Shown in pieces: positions 1 to 8,723 of a DNA stretch of 32,000 nucleotides. Position 1 is the stretch's first letter. Each line of letters starts with the position of its first letter. Under the pieces are notes generated by a model that searched no databases, was not told the origin of the DNA, and saw nothing but the letters and a program-made list of their open reading frames with translations. The DNA lies in assembly GCF_007559435.1 (NCBI RefSeq), contig NZ_VMBP01000001.1, positions 465,406-497,405 of the forward strand. Reading direction: 5' to 3'. The translations under genes and the position numbers were made by a program. Source of the DNA: Ancylobacter moscoviensis. GTDB taxonomy: Bacteria; Pseudomonadota; Alphaproteobacteria; Rhizobiales; Xanthobacteraceae.

Positions 1-1
1 C

Positions 2-103
2 GACGGGAAGCTCTCCGCGCAGTTCGAGCACACCGTCGCGGTGACGCGCGACGGCGTCCGCGTGCTGACGCTGCGCCCGGAGGAAGCACGGCCCGCCGCA
101 TGA
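2..103 (+). CDS. map: Methionine aminopeptidase type I, C-terminal end (5' part lies outside the window)
   Basis: The in-frame translation DGKLSAQFEHTVAVTRDGVRVLTLRPEEARPAA ends at TGA 101-103. The SAQ(F/Y)EHT..VT..G..(V/I)LT segment matches the conserved C-terminal metal-ligand region of MetAP-I. Confidence 0.7.
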   Translation, partial: DGKLSAQFEHTVAVTRDGVRVLTLRPEEARPAA

Positions 104-189
104 ACCGCGACGCCGGCCCGTCCTGAGGGATACCGGACCTTGTCTTCGGATGGCCGGAAGCCGCCGGGTGCCGTGAAGGCGCTCGCGGC

Positions 190-1290
190 CTATTCCTCGG
201 CGGAGGCGGTACGGATCAGCGAACCGAGCATGCCCTTGCGCTTGGCCTCGTAGTAATAGCCGCTGGCATAGAGCATCACCGCCCGCTTCTCGTCGCGGCC
301 GGCGACCCGGTAGGCGTTGGCGAGATAGGCGACCGCGTAGGTCATGTTGGTGTTGGCGTCGAGCAGATCGCGCGGCGCGCCCCGGAAGCCGAGCCCGCGC
401 GCGGTATCGACGCGGATCTGCATCAATCCCCAATAGGGCCCGTGGCGCTGGCTCGGATCGAACTTGCTCTCCCGCCAGGCGACACGGCGTATGAGCCGCG
501 CGGGGACGTCGAAACGCCGGGCGTGGCGCTCGATCAGGGCTTCGATATGCGGGGGCGCGCGTTCGGCGGTCAGCCGGCCCCTGACGGGCTCGGGAGCGTC
601 GTCGATGGGCGCCGCCGCATTCCCCACGGGGGCCGCGACGTCCTCGCCGATCGCGTCCTCTCCGGTCGCGTTCTGGCCGGCCGCGGCGTCACGCGACGGC
701 GCCGCCTCTTCCGGCGCGGCTTCCACGAGCGCGGCCGGTACCGGCGCCGGTTCGGAGAGGCGCCTCGGCGGCAGCGGCGCCAGCGCCGCCATGACGAGTT
801 CGCGCTTCTCGACAAGCCGCTTCGGCGGCAGGGGGACGGACGACTCGATCGGGGCGAAGGAGCTCAAGGCGCCGGAGGGCAGGACCTGTGACGGAACCTG
901 CGGCGGAGCGGCGATGCTCTGCTGGATCGCCTCGATCCCGGAGGTCGCCTGCGCGCGGGCGACGAACGTCCCGCCGGGCGAGGGCCGGCGCGGCGGATCG
1001 GTCAGCCACCCCGCATAGGAAGGAGCGACAAGACCCGTCGCATCATAGGCGGCAGGCGCGGAGAACCCGGCCGACATGGCCCCGTCGATCGAGGGCCAGA
1101 CATTCCGGGGCGTCGCGGCGGAGGATTTCAGCAGCACGATGTGAGCCGGCCGCGCCGGCCCGGATTCAGCCGCGGCCCATGCCGGCGACGAGCCGGAGAT
1201 CGGGCCGGAAAGGAACGCCCCCGCCAGCGCGAGCACCGCCGCCGCAGGGAACCTTCCGCCCATCCATTGCTGTGTCGTTCGCCATTCCAC
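190..1290 (-). CDS. Secreted lytic transglycosylase (SLT domain) with a long Pro/Ala-rich linker
   Basis: 366-aa ORF with an N-terminal signal-like segment (AAAVLALAGAFLSG...AWAAAE). The C-terminal part WRESKFDPSQRHGPYWGLMQI...TNMTYAVAYLANAY carries the catalytic Glu-Ser context and the GLMQ motif typical of SLT / goose-lysozyme-like transglycosylases. Confidence 0.8.
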   Translation of the reverse strand: MEWRTTQQWMGGRFPAAAVLALAGAFLSGPISGSSPAWAAAESGPARPAHIVLLKSSAATPRNVWPSIDGAMSAGFSAPAAYDATGLVAPSYAGWLTDPPRRPSPGGTFVARAQATSGIEAIQQSIAAPPQVPSQVLPSGALSSFAPIESSVPLPPKRLVEKRELVMAALAPLPPRRLSEPAPVPAALVEAAPEEAAPSRDAAAGQNATGEDAIGEDVAAPVGNAAAPIDDAPEPVRGRLTAERAPPHIEALIERHARRFDVPARLIRRVAWRESKFDPSQRHGPYWGLMQIRVDTARGLGFRGAPRDLLDANTNMTYAVAYLANAYRVAGRDEKRAVMLYASGYYYEAKRKGMLGSLIRTASAEE

Positions 1291-1402
1291 GCCGCGTCTC
1301 TAGCACAATTCGTTAACAGCCGAAACGCTGCGCACCGGCAACGGTCCCGCACGGTCCGGCCACAAGCTCCCGATCGCGTTGCAGATCGCCGGGGAAAGCG
1401 CG

Positions 1403-3418
1403 TTACGTGGTCAATGCCTCCGCCCCTTCGATGGGCAGCGAGAGGCAGAATGTCGAACCGTTCCTGTCGCTGGCGGCCAGCGTGAGGTCGCCGCCGTGCT
1501 GGCGGGCGATCTCACGTGAAATGTAGAGGCCCAGGCCGGAGCCGTTCGCCGGTTGGCCCACGGCGCGATAGTATTTCATGAATATGAACTCGCGATCTCC
1601 GGGCGCCACGCCGGTGCCCTGATCCGTCACATGTACAAAAGCCACGCCTTGATCCGTCGACAGCCGTACCGTCACGGGACCCGGCGCGGCGGAGTATTTC
1701 ATGGCGTTCTGGATCAGGTTCTGGACCGCGATCTCCAGCAGATTCCGGTCGCCTTTCACCGTGACGCCCCCACCGTCGATAAAGCTGACCCGTCCGGCGG
1801 CATCGTCATCCAGCCCCGCTTTCACGGTGCGCAATACCTCGTTCACATCGACGGAGCCGGTCGTGGGAAAAGCTTTCTGTCCGCCATGGAGCCGGTCGCC
1901 GGCCAGGACGTTTTCGATCAGCAACGACATCCTCTTGACCGTCTGGCGGATCCGGGTGGTGCGTAGCCGGGTGTTGTCGGTACTGTCCACGGAAGACAGA
2001 TTGTCCGCAGCGGCCGAGATCACGGCCAGAGGGCCGCGAAATTCGTGCGACACCAACGCCACGAAGTCCCGTTGCTGAGCCAGGGCGTCGTTCACTGCGT
2101 CCAGGGACTGTCTGAGCTTGAGTTCGAGCAGATGGCGCCGGTCCACTTCGGCGTTGAGCGAGGTGTTTCTTTCCGCGAGTTCCGCGGTCCTTTCGCGCAC
2201 CTTGATCGTCAGATCACGTTCGGCTGCCTGGGAAATAGCGATAATGCGATTCTGTTCCGCTCGTAAACGACGCTCGGCACGCTGTCCGGCCACAAGACCC
2301 GAGAGCAGGATTAAAGCCAGGCCGAATGCCGCCGCAAATCCGGCCATCCAAAAATGCTGCCGGCGCATCGGCGCCAGATGGTCGAGCGCAGCCAGCGTAA
2401 GCAACTGGTACTGCGTATTGATTAACGGCTGACGCCGTACCAAATAGGGACGGCCGTCGATGAGCCATTGATCGGCTTGGCCCATGCCGGGCATCGCGCG
2501 CACGTCCATGGGCTCACCCGGTCCCTCGTTGCCGTCCCCAGATCGCAAGGTGTCCGGCGGCAGAAGCGCCGCCACATTGCGCAGCATGAATGGCGCGGAC
2601 GAAGCGGTGGTCACACGTCCCTGAAGGTTCACGATCAGCGAAATGTGTTGTCCTGTCAGATAGAGCGCCACATCCGGTGCGTCGAACTTTACCGTGACTG
2701 AGCCCAGCGGCATGTCGTCAATATCGTTGATACGACTGGCTACGAAGTAGGACGCCGTTTGGGTCAGGCGAGCAATGCCGAATTGTTGCCCCTTGCCGTC
2801 GCGCAGCGCGTCGATGAGGTAAGCACGACCCGTATAGATCTGCCCCACGATGTTGAAGGACTCGGCCCATTGGCTGGCGATCACCGTATCGTGCGACAGA
2901 TTGTTCAAGTAGATTCGGGCATAGCGCAGATCATTGGACAGCCGGGTCATGAAATCGCCCACCCTGCGGACCAACGGGTCGCTCGTGAACTTTGCCGCGC
3001 GCTCTTCACGCGTCAATTCGGCCAGTCCGGGCGGATCGACGCGATAGCGTTTGGCGAGCTGGACCACCTGATTCTGGTGCGCCACCATATTGGCCACGCT
3101 GGTCAATTCCGTGAACAGCCGGTCGACGACACGTGCGGTCGTTTCGGCTTCATATTCGGCGCTGGCCGCTAGGCTGTTGAGCTGCGCTGTCATGATGCGC
3201 TGCGACATCCACCAACCCAGGCCAGCCATCAACGCCAACCAAGTCGCGGCAACGCCCAGCGTCACCCGGCGCACGAAATGCCCGGAAGCAACGCCGTCGA
3301 TCGTGAGCGCTGCTGGGGTCATGAAAGACAAGCGAGGTGGCCACTGAGTGAAACCGGAGCATCGACGCCGTCCGCCGGATCCAGCGTCAGTGCCTGTGAC
3401 GTTTGTGTTGTCAAGCAT
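1403..3418 (-). CDS. Membrane sensor histidine kinase (periplasmic sensor domain, HisKA + HATPase_c)
   Basis: 671-aa ORF with an H-box FVALVSHEFRGPLAVI, an N-box LLEIAVQNLIQNAMKY, a G-box VTDQGTGV...GSGLGLYISREIARQHGG and two hydrophobic segments flanking a sensor domain of about 280 aa. The start is uncertain: it could be the ATG at 3418 or an internal Met near 3322. Confidence 0.85.
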   Translation of the reverse strand: MLDNTNVTGTDAGSGGRRRCSGFTQWPPRLSFMTPAALTIDGVASGHFVRRVTLGVAATWLALMAGLGWWMSQRIMTAQLNSLAASAEYEAETTARVVDRLFTELTSVANMVAHQNQVVQLAKRYRVDPPGLAELTREERAAKFTSDPLVRRVGDFMTRLSNDLRYARIYLNNLSHDTVIASQWAESFNIVGQIYTGRAYLIDALRDGKGQQFGIARLTQTASYFVASRINDIDDMPLGSVTVKFDAPDVALYLTGQHISLIVNLQGRVTTASSAPFMLRNVAALLPPDTLRSGDGNEGPGEPMDVRAMPGMGQADQWLIDGRPYLVRRQPLINTQYQLLTLAALDHLAPMRRQHFWMAGFAAAFGLALILLSGLVAGQRAERRLRAEQNRIIAISQAAERDLTIKVRERTAELAERNTSLNAEVDRRHLLELKLRQSLDAVNDALAQQRDFVALVSHEFRGPLAVISAAADNLSSVDSTDNTRLRTTRIRQTVKRMSLLIENVLAGDRLHGGQKAFPTTGSVDVNEVLRTVKAGLDDDAAGRVSFIDGGGVTVKGDRNLLEIAVQNLIQNAMKYSAAPGPVTVRLSTDQGVAFVHVTDQGTGVAPGDREFIFMKYYRAVGQPANGSGLGLYISREIARQHGGDLTLAASDRNGSTFCLSLPIEGAEALTT

Positions 3419-3492
3419 CCAAACAGGATGGACAGCGCAATGCTTAGATGTAATCGAATACCTTGGAAGCGCCGCACTGGAGGATGCCGTTG

Positions 3493-4206
3493 ATGATCGA
3501 TGAAGTGTCCGAACAGGGCGGTAACGCGATCTCCCCCCTCGTTTATCTTGTCGATGACGACGGGGATTTTCGCGAGGAAATGGTTTTTGGCCTATCCAGG
3601 CTGGGCCTGGACGTGCACGGCTTTCACAGTGCCGCGGCCCTCTACCGGGCCTACGCCGCCAAGCCCTCCGACATCGTCATTCTCGACATTGGTCTGGACG
3701 GCGAGGATGGTCTGTCCATCGCGGCCCATTTGCGGGCTTCGCAATCGGTCGGGATCGTCATGGCGACGGCCCGAAGCTCCATAGACGACCGGGTGAATGG
3801 CCTCAAGAAGGGAGCGGACGCTTACCTCGTCAAACCCATCGATGTTCGGGAGCTTGCCGCCACCGTGGTCGCGCTCAACGAGCGCCTCGGCAGGCACCGC
3901 GCCCCTTTGCCGCCCCCAACGCCCCGATGGGCGCTGGTGGAAGGTGGCTGGGTGCTCACCGACGGCATCGGCCATCGTCTCCGCCTGACCACCTCGGAAC
4001 AATGTTTCCTGGGGCGCCTGTTCAGTGAGCGCGGCGAGACCGTAGCGCGGCACGCTCTCGTCGAAGCCCTGGGCGCCGACGTCCATGACTTTAACTACGC
4101 GCACCTTGACACCATTGCGAGCCGCCTGCGTCGAAGGGCCGAGAAAGCCAACATGCGGCTTCCTTTGCATGCCGTTCGCGGGGTGGGCTTCGCCTTCACC
4201 GACTAG
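3493..4206 (+). CDS. OmpR/PhoB-family response regulator (receiver + winged-helix output)
   Basis: The receiver carries VYLVDDD...IVILDIGLDGEDG...LVKP. The C-terminal part, LTTSEQCFLGRLF...VRGVGFAF, looks like a winged helix. It is divergent from the kinase. GGAGG at 3479-3483 favours the ATG at 3493, although the ORF is open from 3463. Confidence 0.85.
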   Translation: MIDEVSEQGGNAISPLVYLVDDDGDFREEMVFGLSRLGLDVHGFHSAAALYRAYAAKPSDIVILDIGLDGEDGLSIAAHLRASQSVGIVMATARSSIDDRVNGLKKGADAYLVKPIDVRELAATVVALNERLGRHRAPLPPPTPRWALVEGGWVLTDGIGHRLRLTTSEQCFLGRLFSERGETVARHALVEALGADVHDFNYAHLDTIASRLRRRAEKANMRLPLHAVRGVGFAFTD

Positions 4207-4811
4207 ACGCGTCACCTTAAATCTCACCTAGAGAAAGCGTCCGTTCCACTTGCTGTGGAGGGCGATCCGTCGACTATTGCCGCTGACACACAAGGTGTCG
4301 GCAGGTGGTCATTATATGACATTATCTACGATTTTTAATAATATTGAACAAAAATACACTAAAAATGGGAGAAAAATTCGCGTTCTAGGCATGCGAAGGC
4401 AGAGATGCGTCGCGCACATCGCGAGATGGATGCCCGAACTTGCCAGTGTGGAGCGCGGAGCCATTTACTTGCCAAGCCTGGATTTAGCGAAGAATTTCGG
4501 TCTTCTCGGCGGGGCTGCTGCACGTGGCCCGGGTTCGTCGTCGGCCACGCCCCTGTTCTTCCCGGGGGTTCAGGTTGCGGGCCCGTCCGCGGGATCGGTT
4601 GTCCACCCGATCCGGCCTGAATTTCATGGCCCGCGAGCCATGCAGCTTCCGCCTTCGGAACAGTCTGGCCGCAGCGCCGTTCCGAAGCCTCCCTCAGCCT
4701 TCTCATAAATTCTTCAGCCGCCCGGCATCGGGACGGCGCGCTTTGTAATGGCGCCATGGCCCGGCTGCCCGCGACACCTCCACCGCACTCAATGATGCAG
4801 GTATCTGATGA

Positions 4812-5078
4812 CCGTGCCGGCATCTATGCCGTCGACCGTGGAACGGGCGACACACCACCGGCTACGGCGTCGGCGGGACCCTGACCTGGTACGGCAATAA
4901 CGGCTTCTACGTCGACGGCCAGGCCTCGGTGACGTGGTACGAGAGCGACCTGAAGTCCGATCTGGCGGGTACCCTCGCCAAGAATCTCGACGGCCTCGGC
5001 TACGCCTTCTCGGTGGAAGCGGGCCGGCGCTGCGAGGGCAGCCCGTCTGGCCGATGGCATTGCGAACGGGAAAGTTAA
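4812..5078 (+). pseudogene. Relic of an autotransporter beta-barrel (translocator) domain
   Basis: The stop-to-stop frame has no ATG and reads TTGYGVGGTLTWYGNNGFYVDGQASVTWYESDLKSDLAGTLAKNLDGLGYAFSVEAGRR. This is the typical autotransporter beta-domain strand pattern, but it then runs into unrelated residues and TAA at 5076-5078. An upstream piece (AGIYAVDRGTGDT) sits in another frame, implying a frameshift near 4852-4858. Confidence 0.5.
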
Positions 5079-5291
5079 GAGTACCCATAGTGTAACCGGC
5101 TGACTAGAACAGTCAGCAAGTGACAGTTAGTGACATTGTAAATAAGTATAAATATATATGATAATAAAGATGGAGCGGGAATGTCATTCCATCTGCGCTG
5201 TAGAGGAGCGTGGTGCGTAGGGGTGGCCGCCGACGAAGTTCCTGGTCGAGTAGAAAGCAAAATCATCCAGGGTCTCTAGGGGCGACTTACC

Positions 5292-6794
5292 ATGCCTTTG
5301 AAAAGGGAATTGCGGCGCAGTTGCTCTGCGCTGGCGATTGTGTGCGTGTTGGGAATGGCCGGCCCGGTCTTCGCCCAGACGGCGTCGAACGAGGAATTAT
5401 TCAAGCTTATTCAGGAGCTTCAGACGAAGCAGAGGGCTCTTGAAAACAAGCTCGGAGCCGCAAACGGCGAAATTGCGCGGCTCAAATCTCAACAGTCAAG
5501 GAACTCGGCATTCGCCGCGGCCCCGGCGGTTGGCGTCCAGACCGGAAGCATCGATTCCGGCCCGATCGGCTTCAACCCGCCGCCTGATCCGAGACGCGCC
5601 GTCAGTACGACAAACGTGCGCGTGGAAGCGGGCGGCGGCTACAACGGAGCCGGCTTCGGCGAGGTCGGCGGCTCACTCGCCGTCCCACTCGGCGACAGAT
5701 ACGGCTTCCAGATCGATGCTCTGGGTGGCATGGCCGAGGAAAACGGCATTGCCGGCGCGGCCGCCCACCTTTTCTGGCGCGATCCCGAGGTTGGCGCGCT
5801 CGGTCTTTACGGGAGCTACCTCTACGGCACCGCAGACTGGGGCTTCGACTCCAACGGCTTTGCCAATTCCGGAATGTACGATTTCAAGGGCGGCCTTGAA
5901 GGTCAGCTCTATCTCGGACAATTCACCCTGCAGGGTATCGTCGGCGTCGAGTGGAACAATTTCGGGAGCGGGGATGCCTTTGGCTATTATGGCCAGAGCG
6001 AAGCGCGCTTCTTCGACGACATCCGGCTGGCCTGGTACGCGACAGACGACTTCAAGCTGAGCATCGGCCATCGCTATACGAACGGCGCGAATCAGCTTGT
6101 CGGCGGCCTTGAATACCTGGCCGATTTTGGAGGGGGAACGGCGGCGTCACTGTTCCTCGACGCGTCGTACAGCACCGAGCGCCCGGATTACGGCTATTAC
6201 GGCGATCATTACTCGGGCGACGACTTCACGGTCCTGGCGGGCATCCGGGTCTATTTCGGCTCGGGCAGCACGCCGGCGCCTTCGACAAGCACCGGTGGCT
6301 ACTTCTCGAAGGAGCACGGTTACATCCCGGCCAAGGCTCCCAGCCAGCCCGGTGGACGCTCGCTCAAGCAGCGGGATCGCGGCGATCTGATGCCGAGCTA
6401 TCTCGGCTTCGACGTCGGCGATCTGCCGAAGGCACGGAAGGCGGCTGTCGTCGGTCTGCCCGGTGTGCCGGGAGCGCCGGGCAATCCTGGAACGCCTGGA
6501 ACACCTGGAACACCTGGAACGCCCGGCGCTGCCGGTGCGCCCGGTTCGGACGGCACTCCCGGTACGCCCGGCAAGGACGGTCTTCCCGGTGCACCCGGTT
6601 CGAACGGTGATCCCGGCGCCCCCGGTGCGCCCGGCAAGGATGGTCTTCCCGGGACCCCCGGTTCGGACGGTCTCCCCGGTACACCCGGTTCGAGCGGCGA
6701 GCCCGGTACGCCCGGTCCGGAAGGGTCCCCCGGCGTCCCGGGCAGTCCTGGCCCGTCCGGTCCCCCCGGCCCTCCCGGACCTCCCGGTCCCTGA
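5292..6794 (+). CDS. Secreted chimeric protein: signal peptide, short coiled coil, Omp25/31-like beta-barrel region, linker, C-terminal collagen-like triple-helix repeat
   Basis: 500-aa ORF. The signal peptide [30 protein letters not shown] is followed by the heptad-like [35 protein letters not shown]. Alternating amphipathic strands follow ([76 protein letters not shown]). The protein ends in 113 aa of perfect G-X-Y. Confidence 0.8.
   Translation: MPLKRELRRSCSALAIVCVLGMAGPVFAQTASNEELFKLIQELQTKQRALENKLGAANGEIARLKSQQSRNSAFAAAPAVGVQTGSIDSGPIGFNPPPDPRRAVSTTNVRVEAGGGYNGAGFGEVGGSLAVPLGDRYGFQIDALGGMAEENGIAGAAAHLFWRDPEVGALGLYGSYLYGTADWGFDSNGFANSGMYDFKGGLEGQLYLGQFTLQGIVGVEWNNFGSGDAFGYYGQSEARFFDDIRLAWYATDDFKLSIGHRYTNGANQLVGGLEYLADFGGGTAASLFLDASYSTERPDYGYYGDHYSGDDFTVLAGIRVYFGSGSTPAPSTSTGGYFSKEHGYIPAKAPSQPGGRSLKQRDRGDLMPSYLGFDVGDLPKARKAAVVGLPGVPGAPGNPGTPGTPGTPGTPGAAGAPGSDGTPGTPGKDGLPGAPGSNGDPGAPGAPGKDGLPGTPGSDGLPGTPGSSGEPGTPGPEGSPGVPGSPGPSGPPGPPGPPGP
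6453..6791 (+). repeat. Collagen-like G-X-Y repeat-coding tract (37 uninterrupted triplets + GP), with 9-bp near-tandem units
   Basis: [34 protein letters not shown]...[11 protein letters not shown] has Gly at every third residue with no interruption. At the DNA level, ggaacgcct/ggaacacct/ggaacacct/ggaacgccc lies around 6489-6524. Confidence 0.9.
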
Positions 6795-6802
6795 AGCTTC
6801 TG

Positions 6803-6885
6803 ACGCCAGCGGCCGAAATCGAATGCAGCCGCTGGCGTGGCAGCACAATACGAGCAGCCCGTCTCGGTCGGGCGACGGGCTGCTC
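6803..6885 (+). terminator. Two strong GC hairpins downstream of the collagen-like gene (terminator-like)
   Basis: Hairpin 1 pairs ACGCCAGCGGC (6803-6813) with GCCGCTGGCGT (6828-6838). Hairpin 2 pairs GAGCAGCCCGTC (6852-6863) with GACGGGCTGCTC (6874-6885). Only a weak T-rich tail (cgatttgatt) follows. Confidence 0.5.
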
Positions 6886-6914
6886 GACGCCCGATTTGAT
6901 TGCGAAGGCTGACC

Positions 6915-7685
6915 ATGACGGGACCAAAACTCGAGTGCTATGCGTTGCACGATCCTTCGCCGCAGCTGGTGGCGGCCGCCGCGGATCGGGACTGGATGGA
7001 CGCGACCAACCAGCATTTCGCTTACCGCTGCACGCCCCTCTCCATTGCCAACGCTTCCGGGTGGGAGGTGCTGAATCCCGTCGGCTTCTCGGCCACCTGG
7101 ACCGGATGGAACGGCAAGCAGGACGTCATTCTCCGCCCGCACGAGGCGGGCGTGAATCTGCGCCACACCGGGCTGTTCTTCGGCCACGGAATCCTGAGTT
7201 TCCACCCCGGCTATCTCTTCAGGACCGATCCCGACTGGACAATGTGGGTTCGTGGCTCTCCCAACCGTCTCAAGGATGGGATCCAGCCGCTCGATGGCAT
7301 CGTCGAAACCGGCTGGCTGCCGTTCACCTTCACCATGAACTGGAAGTTCACGCGCCCCTGCACGGTGCATTTTGAGAAGGGAGAGCCCTTCTGCTTCATC
7401 ACGCTGGTGCCGGCCGTCACGATCGAGAGCGTGCAACCGGTGATCCACCGCATCGCCGAAAATGCCGAACTGAACAGGGAATACAAATCCTGGACAAGCG
7501 AGCGGACGAAATTCAGCGCAGCCATCGACCTCGGTGATCCCCTGGCCAATGAACAGAAATGGCAAAAGAACTATCTCGTCGGCCGCTCGCCGAGCGGTAA
7601 CTCCGTCGCCGGCGACAATCACCGCGTGAAGCGCAACCTCAAGGCGCCCATCTGGGCCGACAAGCCGCCCGCGTCGGAAGACTGA
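6915..7685 (+). CDS. Hypothetical protein, DUF6065-like
   Basis: The ORF is open from 6900. GAAGG at 6905-6909 precedes the ATG at 6915. The N-terminal motif [21 protein letters not shown] resembles, from memory, the conserved C-x-P-x(3)-AN-x(2)-GWE core of the DUF6065 family. GC3-rich codon usage supports that it is coding. Confidence 0.6.
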   Translation: MTGPKLECYALHDPSPQLVAAAADRDWMDATNQHFAYRCTPLSIANASGWEVLNPVGFSATWTGWNGKQDVILRPHEAGVNLRHTGLFFGHGILSFHPGYLFRTDPDWTMWVRGSPNRLKDGIQPLDGIVETGWLPFTFTMNWKFTRPCTVHFEKGEPFCFITLVPAVTIESVQPVIHRIAENAELNREYKSWTSERTKFSAAIDLGDPLANEQKWQKNYLVGRSPSGNSVAGDNHRVKRNLKAPIWADKPPASED

Positions 7686-7761
7686 GCCCGCTCTGGCCCA
7701 GCGGATGAGGCGCACCCCGCATTTCGGCCCGCGGGAGCTGGAAAAGCGGGGAGCGGGTCAC

Positions 7762-8064
7762 TCAGCGCCCCAGCCGACATCGGTACTTTGCCTGAAAGCT
7801 GACGCCCCGATGGAGTTGGCAGGCCCCCGAACCTCTTTTCGTCAGCGGCCCAAAGCCGTGTTCTCCAGGATGCCCATGCGGATCACGCTGACCCCGCCAT
7901 CGGCGAGGTCCGGCAGGCGCGCGAAGCTGGGCCACGACGGCATAGGCGTCGGCGGGAATGTCGGCATAGCGCACGCCGTCAGCCCCTCGGGCGGTCGCAC
8001 CTGTGGGGAGCGCGGCCGCGACCAATGCTGCCGGCGCTGCACGGGATGGGAGCTTGCGGGGCAT
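7762..8064 (-). pseudogene. Possible frameshifted small gene (unknown function)
   Basis: The ATG at 8064 opens MPRKLPSRAAPAALVAAALPTGATARGADGVRYADIPADAYAVVAQ. After that, GC3-rich coding signal moves to another frame (SFARLPDLADGGVSVIRMGILENTALGR, stop at 7842). No family was recognised. Confidence 0.3.
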
Positions 8065-8081
8065 GGCCGGTCTCCTTGCGC

Positions 8082-8477
8082 TCAGCGCGCTGCCGACACC
8101 ATCTTGCGCCGCGCCTCGAGCGCGTCGTCGAAGGTCTGCTTGACCGGACCCAGTGCCTGTACGAACTCGAGCTGCTCGCCTTCCGAGCCGGTGCAGTAGA
8201 TCAAGCGCCATCCGTCCGACTTGCCTTCGGTGATTCCGTTGGAGTTGGCTTCGAGCGGGGTTGCGCGACGCTCGGCCTCGTTCGCCACGGTCACGATGCG
8301 GTTCGCGCGGACAGCCGTGCCAGCGTCGCCGGGAGGCCGCTGCGCCGAGCAGCGCGTCGAGCGCAAAACCAAGACGACATCCCATACCGGACGCCGATTG
8401 GTATTCCGGCAATCCTGCCCGGCAAGTTCGCGGTTCAAACCGGCGGTGCGCTCATTTCTCGCGAAACCGGACTGCAT
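8082..8477 (-). CDS. Hypothetical small protein (only the C-terminal part of about 95 aa looks coding)
   Basis: GC3-rich codons run through ...ANRIVTVANEAERRATPLEANSNGITEGKSDGWRLIYCTGSEGEQLEFVQALGPVKQTFDDALEARRKMVSAAR. The 5' third has poor codon bias, so the true start is probably an internal TTG/GTG near 8375. The stop lies 17 nt upstream of the next small ORF. Confidence 0.35.
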   Translation of the reverse strand: MQSGFARNERTAGLNRELAGQDCRNTNRRPVWDVVLVLRSTRCSAQRPPGDAGTAVRANRIVTVANEAERRATPLEANSNGITEGKSDGWRLIYCTGSEGEQLEFVQALGPVKQTFDDALEARRKMVSAAR

Positions 8478-8723
8478 CGCCGCACGCGAGAGAATATCCC
8501 CAAAGGCCTTACCTCGGCGGCCCTTTTCCGAGTCAGGTCCGGCGCCATGGAGACAACCATGAACCGGAAACGTGCCGCGCTTTCCGGCGGCTCTCGCAAC
8601 GCGCCAGAGGCTGAATATTCAGTGATATCAATTACGTGAATGGCTGGCGGAGGATGGGAAACTGGATGCGGACGTTCTTCTCGTAACAGGCCGAACTACG
8701 GCGCAAGGCCACGCGCTCCCAGA

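Noticed and set aside
6147-7715. 522-aa minus-strand ORF, plus other overlapping ORFs at 6364-6927, antisense to the collagen-like and DUF6065-like genes
   Set aside because: The translation is Arg/Gly/Pro-rich and low-complexity. It is a shadow of the GC-rich G-X-Y repeat and of a well-supported plus-strand gene, with no motifs or RBS.
8637-8650. Possible direct repeat gaatggc(t)ggcg shared with about 13275-13288, as att-like flanks of a recombinase-ParB islet
   Set aside because: The match is only about 12 nt, imperfect and GC-rich. It is well within chance expectation in 32 kb, and the repeat-free convergent-terminator explanation for 13179-13406 is sufficient.
8478-8723. tRNA or tmRNA gene as an integration target at the element boundary
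   Set aside because: No T-arm (GTTCRANNC-type) or cloverleaf-compatible sequence was recognised by eye. A tRNAscan/ARAGORN run would be needed for certainty.
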